DNA from: a bacterium
GTDB taxonomy: Bacteria > Zhuqueibacterota > Zhuqueibacteria > Residuimicrobiales > Krinioviventaceae
Length of the DNA stretch: 64,000 nt
Direction: 5' to 3'
Assembly (NCBI GenBank): GCA_963675755.2
Contig: CAXXMD010000003.1
Location: 3,008,001 to 3,072,000 of the forward strand
Both the position numbers and the translations under genes were made by a program. The notes beneath the pieces were generated by a model. That model was not told where the DNA came from. It made no database searches and worked only from the letters and a program-made list of their open reading frames with translations. Shown one piece after another: positions 29,181 to 37,800 of the stretch. Each line of letters opens with the position of its first letter. The stretch's first letter is position 1.

Positions 29181-30311
29181 ATGAGTAGTAAACGAAAAAT
29201 CAATGTTCTTCAACTTGTTGAAGGTCTGGGAAATGCCGGTGCTGAAAAGAAGCTATGGGAACTGGTACACCGTATGGATAAAGACCGTTTTAACACACTG
29301 GTTTGTGATCTGGGTGTTGGACCGGTACAGCAGCCTGAACAATTGGAAAAATTGGGTCTAAGACATGTAACCCTGAAAAGAAGAACTCAGTTTGATATAT
29401 CACTAATCTGGCGTTTGCGAGATTTGATCCGTGAGGAAAAGATTGATGTTATTATGACCACTTTGTTTTATGCCGATTTTATGGGCGCGCTTGTGGGCAA
29501 GTGGGCAGGAGCAAAAGCCGTTTTCTCATGGGAGACCATATCTTCACCTTACTGGCTGGTCCCCAGGCGCTGGTATCCGTATCGTGCGGCAATTAAACGA
29601 GCCGACATGGTAATATCTGTATCTCAGGCGACTGCTAAATGGCTGATTGAGGATCGTAAAGTATCTCCGCGGCAAGTCATGGTAATTCCTTATGGCGTTG
29701 ATCTGGACAAGTTTAAACGCATACCTGATCCTGAGCTAAAAAAGGAATTGGGTATTCCGGAAAATGTGCCTATTATAGGTATGGTGGCCCGCTTGCAGGA
29801 GCAAAAAGGGCATATCTATTTGTTTGAAGCTGCGAAAAAGATTTTAAAAGAGGTACCCAATACCCATTTTGTTTTGGCTGGTGGCGGCCCGGATGCTGAG
29901 AAATTGCAGCAACAGGTGAAGGATATGGGGCTGGGTGAGCATTTTCATTTTCTGGGTTACCGAACCGATGTATACAGAATTTTACGTATTTTTGACGTGT
30001 TTACGCTGCCTTCATTATTTGAAGGATTACCAAATGTTGTGCTGGAGGCCATGTCCAGCGGATTACCGGTAGTCGCCACACCGGCAGATGGTACCAAAGA
30101 AGCGGTTGTTCCGGGTGAAACTGGTATATTGGTACCTAAAAAGGAACCGGAACCCCTTGCCGATGCACTATTGGATATGTTGAAAAATCCTGATAAAGCC
30201 AGATTGTTGGGCGATAAGGGACGTAAAAGAGTGGAAGAAGAATTTTCTTTGCAAATGCAGGTCAATCGATTTCAGGATCTGTATGAAGAATGGACATACA
30301 AAAATCAGTGA
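29181..30311 (+). CDS. GT4 glycosyltransferase
   Basis: GAEK, VARL..QKGH, PSLFEGLPNVVLEAM motifs. Confidence 0.92.
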   Translation: MSSKRKINVLQLVEGLGNAGAEKKLWELVHRMDKDRFNTLVCDLGVGPVQQPEQLEKLGLRHVTLKRRTQFDISLIWRLRDLIREEKIDVIMTTLFYADFMGALVGKWAGAKAVFSWETISSPYWLVPRRWYPYRAAIKRADMVISVSQATAKWLIEDRKVSPRQVMVIPYGVDLDKFKRIPDPELKKELGIPENVPIIGMVARLQEQKGHIYLFEAAKKILKEVPNTHFVLAGGGPDAEKLQQQVKDMGLGEHFHFLGYRTDVYRILRIFDVFTLPSLFEGLPNVVLEAMSSGLPVVATPADGTKEAVVPGETGILVPKKEPEPLADALLDMLKNPDKARLLGDKGRKRVEEEFSLQMQVNRFQDLYEEWTYKNQ

Positions 30312-30327
30312 GTACAGGAGTGGTTTG

Positions 30328-31587
30328 TTGAAAGTATTAATGATACACAAGTTTCACTATATTGAGGGCGGTGCGGAACGTTATGTTTTTAACCTGAGCG
30401 AGTTGTTGGAGAAAAAGGGGAATACGGTTATCCCGTTTTCGATGCATCATCCTAAAAATTTAGACTCTCCTTACGCTGATCATTTTGTATCTTATTTTAA
30501 TCCGGACCAGTTACGTAACAGTGAATCTTTGATGCAGACATTCAAAGTTGCGGGACGTGTGATATATAACAAAGAAGCACAAGACAAACTGGCAGATTTG
30601 ATAAAAGAAACAAAACCGGATATTGCACATATACACAGTATATATCATCATATATCACCATCAATATTTAAAACATTAAAAGAGTTTAATATACCTGTAA
30701 TTCTTACTTTACATGATTTCAAACTGGTTTGTCCCAATATTGTATTTCTCGATGGAAAAGATCAGGTTTGTGAAAAATGTCAGGGAAAATATTTCTGGAA
30801 TGCTACATTCAAAAAATGTTTTAGAAACTCTTATGGCGCAAGTTTGCTGGCAACGGTGGAAGCTACCGTACATTATCTGTTAAAGTCTTATCGCGGTAAT
30901 GTAGACATGTTCCATTCACCCAGTGCATTCCTGGCAGAGAGAATTTCCAAATACGGATATGGGCATAAACCGGTCAAGGTTTTACCCTATACTCTGGATG
31001 TTGAAGCGTTTGAACCCAAACATGAACCCTCTGATTATTTTGTCTATGCGGGCAGAATGTCTGTAGAAAAGGGTGTTTTGTTTTTGGTAGATGCAATGCG
31101 TCAAGTTAAAGGAAAACAATTGTATCTGATTGGCACAGGACCACTGGATGAGGAGATTCGTACCCGGATCCAGGAATATGGATTGGATAATGTTAAACAA
31201 TTGGGATACAAATCCGGAAAGGAACTGCAAGAGATTATTTCCGGAGCAGCATTTACGGTAATGCCGTCATTATGTCATGATAATTCACCACTGGCAATCT
31301 ATGAATCATTGTCCCTGGGCAATGCTATTTTAGGTTCTGACAATGGTGGAATACCGGAATTAATTAATGATGGAATAGATGGATATATTTTTAAAGCGGG
31401 CGATGTGAATGATTTTGCGGCCAAAGCGGAAAAGCTCATTAATGATCCACAGGCTGCAATAGAAATGGGGAAACGGGGTCGGGAAAAAGCCCTGCAAATG
31501 TTCTCACCTGATGAACACTATGAACAGATAAAAGCACTATATGATCAAACCATAACGTTAAAAAAGAAAGGTGCTGCCGGAAAATAA
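30328..31587 (+). CDS. GT4 glycosyltransferase with Cys cluster
   Basis: GGAERY, TLHDFKLVCP...CEKC...C, GRMSVEKG, GGIPELI motifs; TTG start after AGGAG. Confidence 0.9.
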   Translation: MKVLMIHKFHYIEGGAERYVFNLSELLEKKGNTVIPFSMHHPKNLDSPYADHFVSYFNPDQLRNSESLMQTFKVAGRVIYNKEAQDKLADLIKETKPDIAHIHSIYHHISPSIFKTLKEFNIPVILTLHDFKLVCPNIVFLDGKDQVCEKCQGKYFWNATFKKCFRNSYGASLLATVEATVHYLLKSYRGNVDMFHSPSAFLAERISKYGYGHKPVKVLPYTLDVEAFEPKHEPSDYFVYAGRMSVEKGVLFLVDAMRQVKGKQLYLIGTGPLDEEIRTRIQEYGLDNVKQLGYKSGKELQEIISGAAFTVMPSLCHDNSPLAIYESLSLGNAILGSDNGGIPELINDGIDGYIFKAGDVNDFAAKAEKLINDPQAAIEMGKRGREKALQMFSPDEHYEQIKALYDQTITLKKKGAAGK

Positions 31588-31800
31588 ATTCCGGGATCAT
31601 TTTGTAAATATACTGATACACTCTTGTTTTCATGGCATTGTCTTTGCATTTTTACTGGAGAAATTGCTAAAAGTATATATAAAACAAATACTTATGGTTT
31701 ATTTTAAATTTCAAAATTGTATCAGCATGATTTGATTTGTTGAAACTGTTTTGTTTTGAAACACAAAGTGTTGATAAATTGATCTGGAGGTAATACTACC

Positions 31801-34800
31801 ATGTTGAAAAAAACGACAACCCTCACTTTTCAGATTGCTATTGCGGTCCTCCTGAGTTTTACCGCATTTGCATTTGCGCAGACCAGTGCAGACGACTTTG
31901 AGCGCGGAGACGGTGCTCTGGGTGCTAACTGGACCTCTGATACCGATCTGGTAATTGCCAGCGGTACGTTGCATAACCAAAGTGCAGGTTCTGACTGGTT
32001 ACTCGCTATATACAACGGCGGTGGAACAGTCACTAACCCTGATGAGGTCACAATTGATTGGGCTACTACCGGTGATGGAGTACAATGGGGTGGCGCAGCA
32101 TTTGTGAACACCAACGCATCAGTTGGGGCTGCAAACGGTTACCTGGTCCAATATCGGCTCAGCTCACCTAATAAGATCCGTTTGTGGAAAATTACTGCCG
32201 GCGCGTTGGATGTAGGCGCAGGAATTATTGATGAAGTAACCGCATCCGGTTCAGCTCCTACCGCAGACGCACCCATGAAAGTGAATCTTGACCCTGCAAC
32301 CTATACATTACAGGTTTATGTTGACGATGTGATTGCCGGATCTGTTCAAGATGCAGGCGCGTCTTATGACCTGACCAATCGTTATGGTGCGGTTGTCCTT
32401 GCAAGTGGTTCCAGTCTGAATAATGATGTGGAAAACTTTACGGTTGGCATTGAAACTCCGGACAGTATCGCACCCAATGCAGTGTCTGATTTGAGTGCAA
32501 CAGCTACCGGATCTTCTACAGTATTGCTGGAATGGACGGCGACTGGAGATGACGGAGCAACCGGTCAGGCTTCACAATATGATATTCGTTATTCAACAAG
32601 TCCTATTGCCACAAATACTGACTTTGAAAATGCTCAACAAGTAACGGGAGAACCTACACCTCAGATAACCGGTTCTGACGAGTCTTTTGTTGTGAATGGA
32701 TTGAATGCCAGCACCACTTATTATTTCTGTTTAAAAGTTGGTGATGATAATGGCAATTATTCTGCCATTTCGAATTCAACCTATGCGGCAACAGAAGAGA
32801 GTGGCGGAACAGGCAGCGAAGGTGGTTTGATTACCGTCACTGATGATTTTGAACGTGCTGAGTTAGGTACCAGTTGGGCTGCTACAGCAAAACACCAAAT
32901 CAAGAATGGTACGCTGGATGTTATTGATGGTACATCAACTGATTGGAACAACCTTGCCGTTTATAAAGGCAATCGTTCTGTAAGTCCTGCTGGTGTTTCA
33001 ATTTGGTTGGATGCTACAGAATGTAGTGCCAGTGGTGCTCTTGCTGTAGGTACTGCTATTTTGCTGGATTCTCCTTCAAGTACTGCCAGTGGTTATTTTA
33101 TTTTACGCCGCACAAGCAGTCTTGAATTGTGGGACTTGAGCAATGGCGTTGTTGGAGCAGGCGGACGTTTGGCGCGTGATTCCAGTCCCGATCAACCGGA
33201 TCCTACTCCCGGAGACAGAATTAAAGTCATGGTAACCGGTGATGATGATACTGGTACAATTACTATAGATGTATATGTTAATGATTATATGGACGGACAG
33301 TTTATATTAAACGGTACCGAACCCTCTACCTGGTACGCAGGTGTTTTTCAACATGGTTCTTATGCAAATAATATAGATGCTTTTACTGTATATTCTGATG
33401 GCAGCAGCGCTGAAATGATTAGTGAATATTATGGAAATGGTCAGTCTGGTCCTATTCAGGCAACATTGAGTGATTCCATTGCCGTTCAGGTTACCGATGG
33501 TTTGGGTAATCCTGCAGCGGGTACTGTTGTTAATTTTGATATTGTAAATGGTGATGCAACACTGAGTATTGATAGTTATGATTACGGCGGTTTGATCTGG
33601 AAAGAAGTAGAAGATGGTGCTATTCTTTCTCCTGCTGTTACACAGGCAGACGCAAACGCGTCAAATGGTACTTTTGTATTAACTCCTAATGATATACAAT
33701 ACTCCCGTCAGGGTGGTTCGGTTATGAGCCTGTATATTCCTGAAGCGGGTAATTTTAATGTATGGTTACGTGTAATTGCTCCTTCGTCCACCTCAAATAG
33801 TTTGTTTTTGCGGGTTAATGATGGTGATACAACAGAAGTAAAATGGGGTAATACCTGGACATCCTGGCGTTGGGAGATGCTTAAAAATATCACCCTGGCA
33901 AAAGGATTTAACCAGATCAGTATTTTGACCCGTGAAGAAGGTACACAGTTTGACAAGATTGTGCTTGCTGAAACCACCAAACAGCCCGGTTACACACCTA
34001 CGGGAACGGGCGGTTCAGGACCAACTTTGCCAAATGTTACAGATGCGAATGGTATTGCTTATACATTTGTAACCTTTTTAACCAATGCTGATGATGATGT
34101 AGTTATTGAAGCTTCAGCTTTTAAAGATGATGGTTCAACTTCTTTAACCGGCTCACCGGTAACATTTACACTTGATCCTATATCAGGTTCTGCGGTTTCT
34201 ATTATCAAAGATCCTGCACAGCCGGATACACTTTTGGGTGAACCCATTCAGCAAATGACAACACCATTGCGTGCCTATGTACGTGATTCATTTGGTAATG
34301 GCGTTAGCGGTGTTTCAGTAAGTTGGGCAATAACAGAAGGTACTGGTACTTTATCTGCATCTCAGAATACAACAGGTAGTACAGGTGCGTCTGAAACCTA
34401 TTTAACCCTGTCAGCACAAAATACTCCATATACTATTCAGGCAACGGCTTCCGGTCTTTCCGGATCTCCGGTAAGTTTTTATGTAAAACCGGGTGATCCT
34501 CCAACGGAAATTCAACAGACCAATCCTACTGCACAAGTGTCTGGTGATGCTGGTGTAGAATTGACAGAGATTTTAACAGTTCGTGTTATTACAGAAGATG
34601 GTACACCATTCCCGGGTTTTCCGGTAAATTATGTTGTGACCGAAGGTGATGGAACACTGAGCTCTGAACTTGGCTCTGAAAACGCAACTGAATTACAGAT
34701 CCTTTCTGATGAGAATGGATATGCCCGTGCACGTTGGGTGTTGGGAGATGAACCCGGCCTCAACCGTGTTGAAGCCCAGGCCGAAGGATTGACCAACAGT

Positions 34801-37800
34801 CCGATTCTGTTTGAAGCCCTGGGTGAAATTGGTGATCCTGCGTTATTGACAATTATAGATGGTAATAATCAATCCGGCCCTTTGGGACTCCCATTGCAAG
34901 ATCCGTTTATTGTTAAATTAACAGATCAGGTTGGTAATGGTATCCCAAATCAGAATATAGAGTATCGTATACTTCAAGGTTCTGGTGCAACGTTGGGATC
35001 TTCAGGATTAACAGTTCGAAACGTAAAAACTGATGCAGAAGGTGTTGCCCGGGATACGTTGGTTATTGGTAACCAGGTAGGTCAAACGCACCAGGTACAG
35101 GTATCTGTTGCAGGTAACTCTTCAGTATCCGCTCAAATATTCTATGCAACTGCTACAGCTGCAATTGCAAGTGAAATTGTCTATGTTTCCGGTAATGGTG
35201 TCAAAGTCGGAACCGCATATAATTATCAAAGTTCTACCGTAAATACAACTTTGGCTCAGGACTTTATCGTACAGGTGAATGGTCCTTTTGGTAATGATCC
35301 TATTGCCGGCCATGCGGTTACATTTAGAGTTGTAAGCGGTGGTGGTAATTTTTATGGTAACAACAGTACAACAGTCAGTACGGGTACTGATGGAAGAGCA
35401 TCTGCCAGACTGACATTGGGTTCTGTAGCAGGAGACAGTGTACATATTGTTGAAGCTACGGCAAACCGTGTAGATAACACTACCTTGTTGTTAAACAATG
35501 CTCCCATAGTCTTTAAAGCTGATGGTACAGCATCTGATCCTAACAAGATTACCAAAATGGATTCTACCGACAATCAAACCGGTATTGTTGGTGATCCGCT
35601 TACCAAACAGGTACAGGCACTTGTGAGTGATATTTATGGCAACCCCATAAGTGGACATCAGGTAACATTTCAGATTATAAATAGTGGCGGAGCATTACAG
35701 GGTTCTACTGGTGAACCGGCGCAAGCAAAACAAGTAACAACCAATGCAAACGGTATTGCTTCTATTATTTGGGTTATGCCCACTACACCCGGTCAGGTCC
35801 AGATGCAGGCTCTTGCAACAACTGCAACAAGTAATCCTTTGACCGGCAGCCCGATAACGTACACAGCTTATGCCGGTGTTGATGCCGCTTATGAAATGGT
35901 CAGAGTAACCGGACAAGATCTGTCAGGTATTGTGGGACAATCACTTGCAGAAAATGCAAGCGTGAAAATAGTTGATCAATACTCGAATGCAGTTGCCAGT
36001 TACCCCGTAACCTTTACCGTTACTGACGGTAATGGTCTTGTCAATGGCAGCAATCAGGTTACTGTTCAAACCGGTACTGATGGAATCGCTTCAGTAGAGT
36101 GGACTTTGGGTACCGAGAGTGGTTTTGAAAATAATGCAATGGAAGCCACTTCAAGTGTATCTATGAACAATAAAGAAACCTTTACCGCATCCGGATTGGC
36201 TGATGTTGCTTTCCGTATGATTGCGGATTCAACCTATGATACCTTTGGTATAGTAGGCGAGTTGCTGGATACACCCATCAAGGTATTGATTGTAGACCAG
36301 TACGATAACCCTGTTGCGGACTATCCCGTAACATTTGAAATTGATGATATTGATGATAATGTTGGTTTTATTGAAACTGAAGGTAACTTGTCAAAAGTAG
36401 ATTCTACTGATGATGATGGTTATGCTCAAATTCGTTGGGGATTAGGACCAAATCCTGGTTCTCAAAATAACAAACTGACCGTTACTGCTAAACGGAACAA
36501 TATCCATTTGATCAATTCTCCTTATAATGGATTTGTAGTTTCCGCACAGGCGGGTAACGCTTATCAAGTAATAAAAGTAACTGATGATGTAACCAAAGAG
36601 CTTAGCTCTGTTCATGGCAGCACTTTGCCCGAATATTTAAAGGTCAAAGTTGTTGATAAATTTGGAACTCCTATCGCAAGGCATCCGGTAACATTTCAGG
36701 TATTGAGCCGACAGGTTGCTGATGGCGGTACACTTGACGGCAGTGTAGATACTGTTAAAGTTAAAGAGACTGATTCTAATGGTATTGCATCTGTACAGTT
36801 TACTTTGGGACTGAATGCCGGAAGCAAGATAAACCAGGTTCAGTATGTTGCAGAATTGAATGGTGAGAATCTTGAAGGTTCACCCGGTACATTCGAGATT
36901 ACCGGTCTGTCTTCTACCGCTACCCAAATTGTCAAGGTAGCCGGTGATGAACAGCCAGACGGTGTTGTAGGACAGTTCTGGGATATACCGCTTCAGGTTG
37001 CTGCAAAAGATAAAAACGGAAACTATGTTGCCGGACAGCCGGTAAGTTTCAAGATTTTACCAAAAGAAGATTTGATTGAAGAATCACTGGGTGCTTTGGG
37101 CGCTGGAACTGCAACAGATACTACGATTTTAACCAACGCTGAAGGTATTGCCAATATTAACTGGCGTGCTGGACATCTGGTTGGTGAATATCAGGTTCAG
37201 GTTACTTCTTTTGCTCTTGCAGAACTTGCCGGTTCACCCATGACTTTTACAGCGACAGCTTTTGCAGAAACCACAGACGCAGAAAAGTCTATGATTTCCG
37301 TCAATCCGGACAGTCTGAATGTTTCTGATGGTTCAATCAGATCTACAATCGTTGTAACATTAAATGATAAATATGGTAATCCGGTTCAGAACAAGGGAGT
37401 TACTTTACAGGCTTCCGGAACTGGTAATATCATTACACAACCGGCTACAGCATCCAATTCAAATGGTCAGGTAACCGGTTATATTGCATCTGAAAATTCT
37501 GGCTTGAAAAATATTTCAGCCCGCGATATTAATAATGAAGTTGATATGGTGGACAAGGCCCAGGTTTATTTCCGTGCCTCCGAAGCGGACCGGATTGTTA
37601 AACATCCTACTGCAAATGGAGACGGTCAGAAACGTAACGTGGGTACTGTGCTTGAAAATCCACTTCAGGTTATAGTAGAAGATTCGTATGGCAACCCCAT
37701 TCCTGATTTCCCGGTTGTGTTTACAGTAACAGAAGCACAAACTGGCGGTCAGATTGTTGAAAATGTGAATGTGACAACTGACGAAAATGGTGTTGCATCC

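Noticed and set aside
31577-31594. ccggaa-aataaa-ttccgg hairpin at the end of the last GT4
   Set aside because: Short stem with no T tract; too weak to call a terminator, so read-through into the giant gene remains possible
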